Shown in pieces: positions 30,643 to 41,032 of a DNA stretch of 64,000 nucleotides (positions are counted from its first letter, which is position 1; every line of letters begins with the position of its first letter). Origin of the DNA: a virus; IMG/VR virus record IMGVR_UViG_3300025133_000024. One strand, 5' to 3'. The notes beneath the pieces are model-generated. The model was not told the origin of the DNA. It made no database searches and saw only the letters and a program-made list of their open reading frames with translations. Both the position numbers and the translations under genes were made by a program.

Positions 30643-31664
30643 TATTTGTAAAGCCTTTCATGAATGTCCAAATAAGATTGCATAAGTCCAACATCAATTG
30701 ATGTCTTTGGCTTCCAATCTAAAACATCATAAGCCTCCGAACAATCGCAATATTGTCTCTCAAGATTCCCAGGTGTTTTTTCTGTTTCAATCTCGATATT
30801 TTCTTTTTGTGAAATCTTAACAATTTTTTCAACAATCGTTTTGATTTTATAATAATTGTTGTTTCCGATATTAAGAGGACCAATTACTTCTTTTTTTTCT
30901 GCGGATAACTCAATCATTTTGAAAATTGCTTCTAATGCATCATCAATGTAACAATAAGAGCGAACTTCTTTTCCGTTTGTCATAAGTTTGACAGGTAACA
31001 CTGGATGTTCACAAACCCTTCTGCACATAACTGGGATGAGGGATGATTTGTGGATTTGCATTGGTTGTCCAGGACCATAAATTCCATTCAACCTTGCAAT
31101 AGAAATACCTTGAAATACATTTACATTCATTTCAAGTTTCTTTTCCATGATTCTCTTTACCCATCCATAAGAAATATCATAATCCTCTAAAGAATATGGT
31201 TTCTCCAAAAGGTCTTTTTCCTTCAATGGAGACTCAAAATGTGGAGGATAAACATGAGATGAACTTGCATAAAAGAAATATTTCACTTTTTGGAGAATTG
31301 ACAGTTTTAAAACTTGTGAATCAATATAAGAATTTTTTGCTGCAATAAGACCATCATTGTGTTTATAATAATGGTAGCCACCAACTAATGCAGCCAAATG
31401 AATAACAACATCGGCTTTGTGAAAAAAATTAATAAATCTTTTATGTGAGTCTCTATACAAATCTGCATTACAGAAAGTCGGTGCTTTGTGTAAAGAACCT
31501 TCAAATGTATCAGCGTAATATAATCTTAATGGTCGAAGTGATTCTGAATTGGACTCAATTGCTATAATCTCTGAACCTGCATCAAACAATGACCGGAAAA
31601 TATGTTTACCGATAAATCCACCTGCACCTGTTAAGACTACTTTTTTATCTTTCCACCATTTCAT
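30642..31664 (-). CDS. NAD-dependent epimerase/dehydratase (GME-like)
   Basis: GAGGFIG, HLAALVGG, ASSSHVYP, SYGWVK (YxxxK), RSYCYIDD. Confidence 0.85.
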   Translation of the reverse strand: MKWWKDKKVVLTGAGGFIGKHIFRSLFDAGSEIIAIESNSESLRPLRLYYADTFEGSLHKAPTFCNADLYRDSHKRFINFFHKADVVIHLAALVGGYHYYKHNDGLIAAKNSYIDSQVLKLSILQKVKYFFYASSSHVYPPHFESPLKEKDLLEKPYSLEDYDISYGWVKRIMEKKLEMNVNVFQGISIARLNGIYGPGQPMQIHKSSLIPVMCRRVCEHPVLPVKLMTNGKEVRSYCYIDDALEAIFKMIELSAEKKEVIGPLNIGNNNYYKIKTIVEKIVKISQKENIEIETEKTPGNLERQYCDCSEAYDVLDWKPKTSIDVGLMQSYLDIHERLYK

Positions 31665-32647
31665 TTTCTTGCTCTATCCTGATTTTGTTTATACCACTCA
31701 ATTGTTTCTTTTAATCCATCTGAGAGGGTGGTTGATGGGATGTTTGAAAAATCTTTTTTTAACTTTGTTAAATCATATACTCTTCGTTGCTGCCCATCAA
31801 GCTTTGGATATTTCCATAATATCTCACCTTCATATCCAACTTGTTTTTTAATTTCATTAATTAAATCAACAATAGACGTTTCAACACCTGTGCCAACATT
31901 ATAAGGTCCAAGTTGGTTAACAGAAAATGACTCTAAAATTACTTTCACCATGTCTTCAACATAAAGAAACTCTCTTGTTGCTTTACCAGAACCCCACACA
32001 ACAACTTCTTTTTTATTTTCTTGTTTTGCTTCAATAAATTTTCTCACTAAAGCAGGAACAACATGACTGTCATGAATATGAAAATTATCATAAGGTCCAT
32101 AAAGATTTGCTGGTAAAAGAACTGTAGAGTCGAAATTGTATTGTTCTTTATAGGACCACCCTTGGATGATTAGATTCTTTTTAGCCATAGAATATCCAAA
32201 CGAATTTATTTCTGGCATACCTGAGAAGAAGTTTGATTCTTTATATGGAGGAATTAAAGAATTTGGGTATCCACATCCAGCACCCAACGAAACCATCTTT
32301 TTTACTTTGTTTTTTCGACAAGCTTCATATAGAAAAATCCCCATAAGAGAATTTTCATAAAACTGTTGACCTTGAGATTGCTTGTTTAATAGAATCCCTC
32401 CAACCCTTCCAGCTAAATGAATAACATAATCAACATTATTAAACTGGAAATATTGTTCAACTCGTTCTTGATTCGTTAAGTCTAATGTTTTGCTGGATGG
32501 GTGTAGAAGAAACTTGTGAGGAACATTCTCTTTGATATAATGAATAAGATTTCTTCCAACAAATCCACTTGCACCAGTTATAAGAATAGTGCTATTTTTA
32601 AAAAGGTAATAAAAATCATTACTGTAAGTTTGTATTTTATTGTTCAT
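31661..32647 (-). CDS. fcl: GDP-L-fucose synthase-like epimerase/reductase (copy 1)
   Basis: GASGFVG, HLAGRVGGI, LGAGCGYP, YSMAK, PANLYGPYDNF...SHVVPAL, VWGSGKATREFLYVED; start refined to 32647. Confidence 0.85.
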   Translation of the reverse strand: MNNKIQTYSNDFYYLFKNSTILITGASGFVGRNLIHYIKENVPHKFLLHPSSKTLDLTNQERVEQYFQFNNVDYVIHLAGRVGGILLNKQSQGQQFYENSLMGIFLYEACRKNKVKKMVSLGAGCGYPNSLIPPYKESNFFSGMPEINSFGYSMAKKNLIIQGWSYKEQYNFDSTVLLPANLYGPYDNFHIHDSHVVPALVRKFIEAKQENKKEVVVWGSGKATREFLYVEDMVKVILESFSVNQLGPYNVGTGVETSIVDLINEIKKQVGYEGEILWKYPKLDGQQRRVYDLTKLKKDFSNIPSTTLSDGLKETIEWYKQNQDRARK

Positions 32648-33584
32648 TTTGCATATACCATTCAATTGTTTTTTTAAGTCCTTGTTCAAGAGTTACCTGA
32701 GGGGACCAACTATATTTTTCTTTTGCTTTGGAAATATCTAATACTTTCTGTCTTGCCCCAACAAACCTATCTGTATTATAAAAAATTTCACCTTGATAGC
32801 CAACAGTTTCTTTGATTTTCTCTGCTAAAAACTTAATGGTTGTTTCCTGTCCAGAGCCAACATTAATCAAATCTCCGTCATAATCCGCAACCAACAAAAT
32901 TCCTTTGATTTGGTCTTCAACATAAATTAATTCTCTACTTTGTAAACCATCACCCCAAACCTCAACTTGTTTGGAGTTGTCTAACTTTCCATCACAAAAC
33001 TTCTTTACCAAAGCAGAAACCACATGAACCTTTTCCAAATCAAAAGAATCATGTGGTCCATATAATGTGGTTAAAACTGCAACAGTACCTTTTAACCCAT
33101 ATTGCTGCTTATATGCCTTGATTCCTTGCAGCATATTACATTTTGTTAATCCATATGTCTCAACTGATGGGTGCAATGGACCTGAAAAATAATCTTCTTC
33201 TTTTAGAATATGTTTAGAAGGGAAGAAACATGTTGTTCCTAGACCAACCATAATAGCCTGAGGTTGATATTTTTTCCAGTTTTCAAATGTGTAAACATGA
33301 ATCAAATTGTTTTTGTAAAACTGTTCAGCAGGATATTTTAATGGATACTCTCCCGCACCCTGCACAGCAGCACCATGAAAAATATAATCAAACTTTATAT
33401 TGCTGTTAAACAATGATTCTGCAAAAAATGGTCTGGTCAAATCAATCTCAGAACCAACTGCAATAACCTTCGCACCATAACTCTCTAAAAGTGGGACAAA
33501 GTTTTTTCCAAGAAAACCGGTGCCACCTGTAATAAGAACTTTTTTTCCTTTATATTTTTTTTCTAAAATCTTGTCGTAGGACAT
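32637..33584 (-). CDS. GDP-L-fucose synthase-like epimerase/reductase (copy 2)
   Basis: GGTGFLG, LGTTCFFP, YGLTK, LYGPHDSF...VHVVSAL, VWGDGLQSRELIYVED. Confidence 0.8.
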   Translation of the reverse strand: MSYDKILEKKYKGKKVLITGGTGFLGKNFVPLLESYGAKVIAVGSEIDLTRPFFAESLFNSNIKFDYIFHGAAVQGAGEYPLKYPAEQFYKNNLIHVYTFENWKKYQPQAIMVGLGTTCFFPSKHILKEEDYFSGPLHPSVETYGLTKCNMLQGIKAYKQQYGLKGTVAVLTTLYGPHDSFDLEKVHVVSALVKKFCDGKLDNSKQVEVWGDGLQSRELIYVEDQIKGILLVADYDGDLINVGSGQETTIKFLAEKIKETVGYQGEIFYNTDRFVGARQKVLDISKAKEKYSWSPQVTLEQGLKKTIEWYMQNEQ

Positions 33585-33934
33585 ATTTCCCTCACTTTGT
33601 TTTTAAAATCTTCATATGATTCCAAAGATACCACTTTCATTTCATCACATGGAATATTATAAGAATAGCGTAAGATATAATGCTCTGTCTTTTCCTTAAA
33701 AACTGTATCTATATCATACAAAGTAATATGAGTCTTTCCTTGTTTTGATATTTCACCCAATACATTCTCTAGCAATTGTTTTTCACACAAAGACATATTG
33801 TTTTCTAGTGACGTAAAAAAAGGTAGACTACAGCCATACACAACCTTGATTCCGTTTTTATACAACGAGTTTAAAACTCTTTTGTGTTTTGTTATGCTCT
33901 CGTTTGCTTTTTGTATCCTATTAAAATATTTCAT
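33563..33934 (-). CDS. Hypothetical protein
   Basis: 123-aa ORF coupled to the downstream gene. Confidence 0.6.
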   Translation of the reverse strand: MKYFNRIQKANESITKHKRVLNSLYKNGIKVVYGCSLPFFTSLENNMSLCEKQLLENVLGEISKQGKTHITLYDIDTVFKEKTEHYILRYSYNIPCDEMKVVSLESYEDFKNKVREICPTTRF

Positions 33935-34034
33935 TTTTTACATCCTGGTTGTCAAACATGACTCACCTTTTTTTATTATATTATAAATTGCCTCAGCATT
34001 ATATTTAAAATATCTTTGATTGTTTTTTTCTGCT

Positions 34035-34955
34035 TTACTTTATATTCTCAATTTTTTTAAAAATCTTTTTTATTTCATATTCTTTGACTTTTTCATGAGC
34101 ATTTTCTGTTATAAATTTATAATCTTCAAAATTGTTAATAATTTTTTTAATTTTTCTTTTTAAATCGGAAAAATCATCCCAATAAAGAAAATGTTTTCCT
34201 GGTTCAAACCATTTTTCTATCACATTCCATTGGTCTCTTTTGCACAAAACCAATGTTTTTGTCACCATGGACTCTATGACTCTAGGTTTAAATTGGGGGA
34301 AGTAATTGGTGTCCAACCCTACAAAAGCTTCGTTTTGTTCCCACCCTTCATTTTTTTTTATTTCTTTAATTTGTTCTGGATTTGTAGGACATAAATTTAG
34401 AACAACAGAGATTTTTGATTTTGACAACAAATCCCATTTTTGTTCTATAGGGATATTAATATGTGTTGGTCTATATAATGAAAAAGTTGGAAACAACGCA
34501 GTATGAATATACTTAAAATTCCTCATAACATCAATAAGTTCACAATGTCTTTTATCCATCAATGTTCCCATATATATAACATCAAAAATTTTCCTATGAT
34601 TGACATTAATATTTTTAAAATTGTTTTCATTGTAAGGGAAAGGAATCGGAATATATTTCGTATCTTGAATCTTATTTAAAAAATTTGCTGTATACGGACA
34701 AATAGTGAAAACATGAGTAAAATAACTCTGTTCTTTTGCACAAGTAGTGGTGTTACAAAAAGCACAAGGGGATTCTAAATTTAAATAAGCTCTTTTCTTG
34801 TATTCCTTATATCTTTCCCGCAAAATTGGATCTAAAGAAGTATTATAACCTTGAAACAACACTTCCTCTTCAGAATTATCACAATAATTTTCTAAATAAT
34901 AATAACTGTTTACCACGTCATTATATTCCCCATCATGATTTACTATAATTTTCAT
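34035..34955 (-). CDS. Glycosyltransferase, CgeB/YkvP (Glyco_trans_1_2)-like
   Basis: FDVIYMG...LSKSKISVVLN...KPRVIESM....LVL...WFEPGKHFLYW..FSDL pattern. Confidence 0.7.
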   Translation of the reverse strand: MKIIVNHDGEYNDVVNSYYYLENYCDNSEEEVLFQGYNTSLDPILRERYKEYKKRAYLNLESPCAFCNTTTCAKEQSYFTHVFTICPYTANFLNKIQDTKYIPIPFPYNENNFKNINVNHRKIFDVIYMGTLMDKRHCELIDVMRNFKYIHTALFPTFSLYRPTHINIPIEQKWDLLSKSKISVVLNLCPTNPEQIKEIKKNEGWEQNEAFVGLDTNYFPQFKPRVIESMVTKTLVLCKRDQWNVIEKWFEPGKHFLYWDDFSDLKRKIKKIINNFEDYKFITENAHEKVKEYEIKKIFKKIENIK

Positions 34956-34969
34956 TTTTATACCCCAGT

Positions 34970-35213
34970 TTATTTTAAAACAGATAAATCTAAAGAATCC
35001 TTTAGATGTAAAAAATTTTTATTTATGTAGATTGCATCCAAAGAGGGTCCATGTTCTTCAATTTTCACAAACCCTTTATTCTTCAAAAAAAGATAAATAT
35101 CCTCGACTTTATGACTGTTTTCATACCCTGTTACAAACTGTTCAATTTGCAAAGCTGCCACTCTCTTTGATAATAATTCGCCACAACCTTTCAAAATATC
35201 TAACCCCTTTCAT
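34970..35213 (-). pseudogene. C-terminal relic of an FkbM-family methyltransferase
   Basis: Frame reads KGLDILKGCGELLSKRVAALQIE...YEN...IYLFLKNKGF...DAIYIN (FkbM C-terminal pattern) but lacks the SAM-binding half; the ATGA-coupled start at 35213 is out of frame with it. Confidence 0.6.
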
Positions 35214-36178
35214 TTTTTTTCCTGTCTGTTTTTATCTATCCATGCGAATGTCCTCTTTAAGCCCTCATCCAAACTCACTGAGGGTTCCCAACCTAACTTT
35301 TCTTTTATGAGTTTGTTGTGAGAATTTCTCCCCATGACTCCTAATGGACCTTCAATGTTTTTAATTTTGATATTTTTGTTGGAGATTTTTATAACTTTTT
35401 TAGCAAGATTTTGAATAGAAATGATTTCTTCCGAACCTATATTAACAGGACCAACAAAATCAGAATTCATTAAGCGATATGTGGCATCAATACAATCATC
35501 AATAAACAGAAAAGAACGGGTCTGGGAGCCATCTCCCCAAACTTCAATACTAGTTTTGTCTTCCGCTTCTGAGACTTTTCTACAAAAAGCAGCAGGTGCT
35601 TTTTCTCTACCACCATCATAAACACCATATGGGCCAAAAATATTATGATACCTAGCAACCCTAACATCCAAATTATGGTTCTTTTTGTGTGCTAGGTACA
35701 ATCTTTCACTGAAAAGTTTTTCCCATCCATATTCACTATCAGGAGCAGCAGGATAAGCGCTCGATTCTTCACAATTAGGGTTATTGGAGTCCATTTGGTT
35801 ATGCTCTGGGTATATGCAAGCAGATGAAGAAAAGAAAATTCTTTTTACATTATTCTTCAGACTTTCATCTAAGACATTAAGGTTAATCATTGCAGAATTA
35901 TACATAATATTTGCATCATTCTTTCCTGTAAAAATAAATCCTGCTCCACCCATATCTGCCGCAAATTGATAAACATAGTCAATGCCTTTACAAACTTGTT
36001 TTACAAAATCAGAATCTCTTAAATCCCCAAGGCAAAATTCATCACATGTTTCATCTACAGGCAAAAATAAATGTTTTTTAATATCTACTCCTCTAACCCA
36101 ATACCCCAATTCCTTGAGTCTTTTAACCATATGACCACCAATAAAGCCACCTGCTCCACAAACTAAAACCTTTTTCAC
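35210..36178 (-). CDS. GDP-mannose 3,5-epimerase-like NAD-dependent epimerase
   Basis: GAGGFIGGH...[12 protein letters not shown]...SSSACIYP...[15 protein letters not shown]...[11 protein letters not shown]; GTG start at 36178 (GTGA overlap). Confidence 0.9.
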   Translation of the reverse strand: MKKVLVCGAGGFIGGHMVKRLKELGYWVRGVDIKKHLFLPVDETCDEFCLGDLRDSDFVKQVCKGIDYVYQFAADMGGAGFIFTGKNDANIMYNSAMINLNVLDESLKNNVKRIFFSSSACIYPEHNQMDSNNPNCEESSAYPAAPDSEYGWEKLFSERLYLAHKKNHNLDVRVARYHNIFGPYGVYDGGREKAPAAFCRKVSEAEDKTSIEVWGDGSQTRSFLFIDDCIDATYRLMNSDFVGPVNIGSEEIISIQNLAKKVIKISNKNIKIKNIEGPLGVMGRNSHNKLIKEKLGWEPSVSLDEGLKRTFAWIDKNRQEKK

Positions 36179-37011
36179 TTTAAATCTCCTTTGAAATTCT
36201 TTTTTGCAACAACTAACGTATGCCAACCCATTTCTTGACATAATTCCTTATATTCATCATTCTTCATATTTTTAAAACAATCTCTAACAACATATTCATA
36301 GTTTTTATACTCTTCAATTTTATATGGGAAAATGTGTTCTTTTTGGATAAGAACACATTTTAACTTATTTTCCTTCAAGATTTCTTGTATTTCCCTAGAT
36401 GTGTAAGTTGATGCTTTTGGACAGTTCAATTGAGCTTCTGCGAAATATTGAATCGTTTCATTTGATTTAGAAAAATCCCAATTATTTGTAATATGCATAA
36501 AATCAAATAATTTAAAACTATATTTGGAATAAACCATAAACCTAAATTCTGCGTCTTTTTTTAAAAAAGGTACCACTTCATTTATAATTTTTTCAGGATA
36601 TTCTGTATGATGAATAACACCAAAAGAATATACTAAATCAAACTTATCCTCTCCTTCCAACAAAGAGGATAAGTTTTCGGCATTACCTAAATAAAATTTT
36701 GCATTTAGCCCATAAATCTCAAATCTTTTCTTGCATAGCTCCAAAGAACTTTCAGATAACTCCACACATACTAATTCAGCACCGTTTCTTGCAAAATTAA
36801 TACTGTCTGTTCCTATACCACACCCGATTTCTAAAACTCTCTTACCTTTCCAATTAGCAAAATTAGCAAAATCTTTAATGTGAGGTTCGACAAAATATTT
36901 TCTTTTTTCTACTTCATCAAAATACTCTCTACTTCCCACTTCTTTATTAGAATGCCTAATGTTACACGGACGCTCATCCCAAAAGTTTTTAATCTTTTCA
37001 GACAATTTCAT
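36175..37011 (-). CDS. Class I SAM-dependent methyltransferase
   Basis: [11 protein letters not shown] motif [13 protein letters not shown]; start refined to 37011. Confidence 0.9.
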   Translation of the reverse strand: MKLSEKIKNFWDERPCNIRHSNKEVGSREYFDEVEKRKYFVEPHIKDFANFANWKGKRVLEIGCGIGTDSINFARNGAELVCVELSESSLELCKKRFEIYGLNAKFYLGNAENLSSLLEGEDKFDLVYSFGVIHHTEYPEKIINEVVPFLKKDAEFRFMVYSKYSFKLFDFMHITNNWDFSKSNETIQYFAEAQLNCPKASTYTSREIQEILKENKLKCVLIQKEHIFPYKIEEYKNYEYVVRDCFKNMKNDEYKELCQEMGWHTLVVAKKNFKGDLK

Positions 37012-38101
37012 ATTTAAACAAATCTCCATATAGCTTTTGAACCTTCTCAATTACATTTCTACCTTCTTTAATCGTAACGGGGAAACCTTCTTTCGCCAAT
37101 CCTACAGCAAACTTTAGTTGTTGTGATTCTACAATTAAATTCGAATTCTTTTTGTACGTAACATCAGAAATTAAAATTTCTTTCGATTTGTCTGTATTGT
37201 TCTTTACAAAATTTCTTACTTGATATTCCAAATGTGAAAAATTTGAATCATCAGATGCCTTGCTAATATCATGATATATGCCATTTTCTTTACAACACAA
37301 CCCTAAAGCCCTGTTGTCTCTTGGGAAACAAGGGCCTCCAAAACCAAAACCATATCCCAGATATTTGTGGCCAACTCGTTGGTCTTGACCAATAGCTCTT
37401 AAAATCCTATCAGGATTGGAATTCATTTCTGTAGCCAAATCACCAATCATATTTGCAAATGCAATTTTTGTCGTCAAGAAACAATTTAAAGAAATTTTTG
37501 TTATTTCTGCTTCAGTTAAGGACATGGTGTGAGTAGGTGCATTATTTTTCACCATTTTATTGTAAATTTCTTCAACCAAGCCAGTTTCATTCTCTTTTTG
37601 TTTCCCAATTAAAACAAAATCAGGGTCAGTTTGCCCCTTAAGTATCTCTCCTTGGGCAATAAACTCTGGATTGTAAACTGTATAATAATTTATTTTTCTT
37701 AAACGTTCTTCAATAGTTTCACAATAACCCGGCATTGTAGTGCAACAAACAATAAAATGACCTGGGTTTTTCCTGGGAGGTAATTTTTCCAAACCTGACA
37801 CAATTGACTCTACCTGAGTATGGTCATAACCTCCATTTTTCAGAGAAGGTGTACTAACAACCACAAATAGAGTATCTGAAAAAGATACAGATTCTTCTAA
37901 AGAAGTTGTTGCAAAGAAATTTGTCGAGTTTTGCAACAAAGAATCAACGCCCGGTTCACAGGACTTTAAAGTTTTATCATTAACTTTTGCAACATAATCA
38001 TCATTAATATCAACTCCACAAACATCAAATCCAGAGTTTTCTAAATTTAGAGCCAAACATAAACCTAATTTTCCAATTCCGACAACACTTATTTTTTCCA
38101 C
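36998..38101 (-). CDS. ugd: UDP-glucose/GDP-mannose dehydrogenase family
   Basis: [36 protein letters not shown] catalytic Cys motif. Confidence 0.9.
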   Translation of the reverse strand: MEKISVVGIGKLGLCLALNLENSGFDVCGVDINDDYVAKVNDKTLKSCEPGVDSLLQNSTNFFATTSLEESVSFSDTLFVVVSTPSLKNGGYDHTQVESIVSGLEKLPPRKNPGHFIVCCTTMPGYCETIEERLRKINYYTVYNPEFIAQGEILKGQTDPDFVLIGKQKENETGLVEEIYNKMVKNNAPTHTMSLTEAEITKISLNCFLTTKIAFANMIGDLATEMNSNPDRILRAIGQDQRVGHKYLGYGFGFGGPCFPRDNRALGLCCKENGIYHDISKASDDSNFSHLEYQVRNFVKNNTDKSKEILISDVTYKKNSNLIVESQQLKFAVGLAKEGFPVTIKEGRNVIEKVQKLYGDLFKYEIV

Positions 38102-38155
38102 ATCATCACCTATTATAAAATTGCTATTATATATCTAAAGAATTATTATTCACAA

Positions 38156-39058
38156 TCACACTAAAAACCAATTATCAGGATAGAAGCCCTCTCGATACGT
38201 AAACCCTTTTGTATCAAGATGGTAATTTTTAGGAGCCACAATAATTTTATCTGGGGATTGGGTTTCTCCAATATAAGCAGCCCACCAACCAAACGAACTA
38301 ATATGACTTAGAATATGATGGTCACACAACATTATCATACAAAAGTCAATCATTGTATTATTTTTTGGTGCAAAAATGTATTCAGAGCCTAACAAATTCT
38401 TCTTGCACCATGTAATGTCACTCTTGTTTGGATTATTTTTTTCTCTTGAGCCGCCTGTAAAAACCAAATATTTTACTCTTTTACCAGAAAACTCTTTTTT
38501 ACCTTTTTGAAGATATTTATAGAATACACTATTTTTGGTTAACTTTGTTTTACCATAATAAAAACTTGATAAATTTGAATTATCCAAAACATCACCTCTT
38601 CTTAAATGCAAAGAAACAATCTCGTAACCTTCATTTTCTTGTCTTACTTTGTCAAGAATCTCCCGAGCTTTATCCAAGTATTCTTTTTTGGGAGTTAATT
38701 CACTTTTGATTATATCTTCAAACCCCTTAAAGTACAAAATACTTTGAAAGAAACCTTCAATATTGGAAAAAGGGTTTAACGACCAAAAGCCATCATCATA
38801 TTTCATATGATGTGGCTCTTTATAACGATGATTAATCATCATTGATTCTCGCCATGTTAGTGGCTTTATTTGAGTGTTAAAAGCTTCTTTCAGTAAACAT
38901 TTTTGCCCATGCCATTCTTGATGGCTCAAGTAAGGAATCCTAACATCACAATCATGTTTTAGCGATAAAGCTCTTAAAGCAGCATACTGGAAGAGTTGAT
39001 TCCCTAATCTTCCAAGCTCTCCTAACCTATGAAATGAAAAAAACGGTCGCACTTCCAT
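38156..39058 (-). CDS. GT11 alpha-1,2-fucosyltransferase-like
   Basis: GRLGNQLFQYA, GFFQS, SLHLRRGD, SSFGWWAAY. Confidence 0.9.
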   Translation of the reverse strand: MEVRPFFSFHRLGELGRLGNQLFQYAALRALSLKHDCDVRIPYLSHQEWHGQKCLLKEAFNTQIKPLTWRESMMINHRYKEPHHMKYDDGFWSLNPFSNIEGFFQSILYFKGFEDIIKSELTPKKEYLDKAREILDKVRQENEGYEIVSLHLRRGDVLDNSNLSSFYYGKTKLTKNSVFYKYLQKGKKEFSGKRVKYLVFTGGSREKNNPNKSDITWCKKNLLGSEYIFAPKNNTMIDFCMIMLCDHHILSHISSFGWWAAYIGETQSPDKIIVAPKNYHLDTKGFTYREGFYPDNWFLV

Positions 39059-39071
39059 GATTCCTCCTCAG

Positions 39072-39371
39072 CTAATAAACTTCATGTTTCTCAGAGTAAA
39101 TTGTTCTTGTTTCGCCATCAGCGTCTTGCATTTCTGTCCAACCTTGATTTCTGTCGAAATGAATAACTTCCCAACCAGCTAACTCATATTTGCTAATTCT
39201 TTGTCTGATTCTTCTTACTGCATCTCTATTAGATGGTGAAGTTCCCCACACATCAATCTTCCAATCTCCATTTGTTTGCCAATCAGTGAATAAAACCCAA
39301 ACAAAAACTGGTTTCTCTACTGTACTAACTGGTACAATAAAAGGTTCTGGTTTTCTCTTCTTTTTCGCCAT
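39072..39371 (-). CDS. Hypothetical protein
   Basis: 99-aa ORF, coupled to neighbours. Confidence 0.65.
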   Translation of the reverse strand: MAKKKRKPEPFIVPVSTVEKPVFVWVLFTDWQTNGDWKIDVWGTSPSNRDAVRRIRQRISKYELAGWEVIHFDRNQGWTEMQDADGETRTIYSEKHEVY

Positions 39372-40108
39372 TAAAGTTCTTGCTCCGTATTTCTTAAAAC
39401 TGTTATAGGTTGATACATTGTTGACTTAGCATTATTAACCATATTGTCGAACGAATTTGAAGAAAATCCATATTGTTTTACTTTCTCCCAACCATCAATC
39501 AATAAAGGAAATCTAACTGCACCATAAACACGATGAACATTCCAAAATAACATATCCTTCCCAATTGGAACAGATAAAAATAAGAGGCCATCCTTTTTAA
39601 GATATGTTTTTAATTCTTTCATTGATTTTAAATCACCATTGGGGTTTATAGGGTCTCCACATCTTCCAAGTCCATCATGCTCAACAGAACTAATTGAAAA
39701 ACATACATCATATTCATCTTCCTTTAGTTCCCACGGTTTAGTGTATTTTACTTTATCATTGAAGCTTTCTCTATTAGAATATTCAGAGACAATCACTTCT
39801 TTTGCTCCAAAATACAAAGCGATAGCTTCATACCAAGGATAAGTCGAACCAACAATCAAGACTTTTTTATCTTTAATTGGATAGTCAAACAAAGATTGAT
39901 ACATCCAAGTGTCTGTCTTTCCATAATAATTTGTTTCTCTTCGTTCAACTCTTTCCAGACTTTTTTGAAAGTTTTCCTCTGTAAAGTTTTGATTAATAAT
40001 GTATTGAATAGACGACGAAGAATCATCTCTTATTTCAATCTCTACAGGAATCTCTCCATTACGTGTAAATTCCTGTAACATTTCTACAGGAAAATCTAAA
40101 CCACTCAT
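39371..40108 (-). CDS. DUF268-type SAM-dependent methyltransferase
   Basis: VLIVGSTYPWYE, SISSVEHDGLGRCGDPINPNGD, WNVHRVYG. Confidence 0.8.
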   Translation of the reverse strand: MSGLDFPVEMLQEFTRNGEIPVEIEIRDDSSSSIQYIINQNFTEENFQKSLERVERRETNYYGKTDTWMYQSLFDYPIKDKKVLIVGSTYPWYEAIALYFGAKEVIVSEYSNRESFNDKVKYTKPWELKEDEYDVCFSISSVEHDGLGRCGDPINPNGDLKSMKELKTYLKKDGLLFLSVPIGKDMLFWNVHRVYGAVRFPLLIDGWEKVKQYGFSSNSFDNMVNNAKSTMYQPITVLRNTEQEL

Positions 40109-40740
40109 TACTTAACAACCTCATTCTTTTCAAATAATTTAAATTCTTTTAAATCTCTATAAGGAGGGTCTTCAATCAAATCATCCATATCTTCAGGGTA
40201 ATTCTGAAGGAGCATTAAACCTCTTGCTGCATCAATAGGACTCATGTACATATTATATCCCATAAGTTCAATATCATCGTCGTGATATTTTACCTCAGAC
40301 CGACCTTCATATCTCATTTTCTTAAACCATTCATAAGCCTCTTTATCATCACAAAGAATCATTCCACCTTTTCCAATTGAAAGATGTTTCTTAATGTGAA
40401 AAGACAAACACATAAATGATTTTTCAATATACATATTTGATGTTAATCTTTTTGCTGCATCATACACTGGAAGGGGGTCTAATTGATACACACCTTTCCA
40501 TTCATAATCTTTAAAATTAACTCTATAACCGGCTCTCATGATTGATTGAGGAACAGATAGATAAGTTCGCTGAGGGATGGTTACTTCTAAATGTGCAGTT
40601 TGTTTCTTTTGCCATTTACAACAAAGAAATAAAGCATTTGTGCAAGAATCAAGAGCAACAGCATATTTTGCTCCGGTATAATCACACATTGCATCTTCGA
40701 ACATCTTTACAATATTAAACGGATTATTTTTCTTTTTCAT
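40108..40740 (-). CDS. DegT/DnrJ/EryC1/StrS aminotransferase (short form)
   Basis: AVALDSCTNALFL, VYDAA (PLP Asp), LSFHIKKHL (Schiff-base Lys), GKGGMIL; only 210 aa. Confidence 0.8.
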   Translation of the reverse strand: MKKKNNPFNIVKMFEDAMCDYTGAKYAVALDSCTNALFLCCKWQKKQTAHLEVTIPQRTYLSVPQSIMRAGYRVNFKDYEWKGVYQLDPLPVYDAAKRLTSNMYIEKSFMCLSFHIKKHLSIGKGGMILCDDKEAYEWFKKMRYEGRSEVKYHDDDIELMGYNMYMSPIDAARGLMLLQNYPEDMDDLIEDPPYRDLKEFKLFEKNEVVK

Positions 40741-41032
40741 TTCTTTCTTCCAAATGATTCTTTAATTCAACTGCTCTCATGTTAGCATCATAATTATACA
40801 CACCAGTTAATTTAGGATACTTCTCTTTTGATTCTTTTTTATCAAAATACTTATGAACTTCATCAAGAGAACTAAACTTGAGAATATGTGTTGAGGGCAT
40901 AGCATCAGGTGGCAGAAGAGTAGTCCTTGATTCATATCCCCAGGGAATAATACCAAACAAATAATGCTTAACTAGATAAAAACAACTTCCATCCCAATTT
41001 TCATATCTTTCAAGTATCCTTGTTACCATCAT
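40724..41032 (-). CDS. Hypothetical protein
   Basis: ATG at 41032 overlapping the upstream stop region; YLFGIIPW segment. Confidence 0.55.
   Translation of the reverse strand: MMVTRILERYENWDGSCFYLVKHYLFGIIPWGYESRTTLLPPDAMPSTHILKFSSLDEVHKYFDKKESKEKYPKLTGVYNYDANMRAVELKNHLEERNEKEK

Noticed and set aside
33934-33959. Upstream ATG with a good Shine-Dalgarno (AAGGTGAG) out of frame by one A in a homopolymer
   Set aside because: It could be a 1-nt slip or a short leader ORF; this cannot be distinguished without reads.
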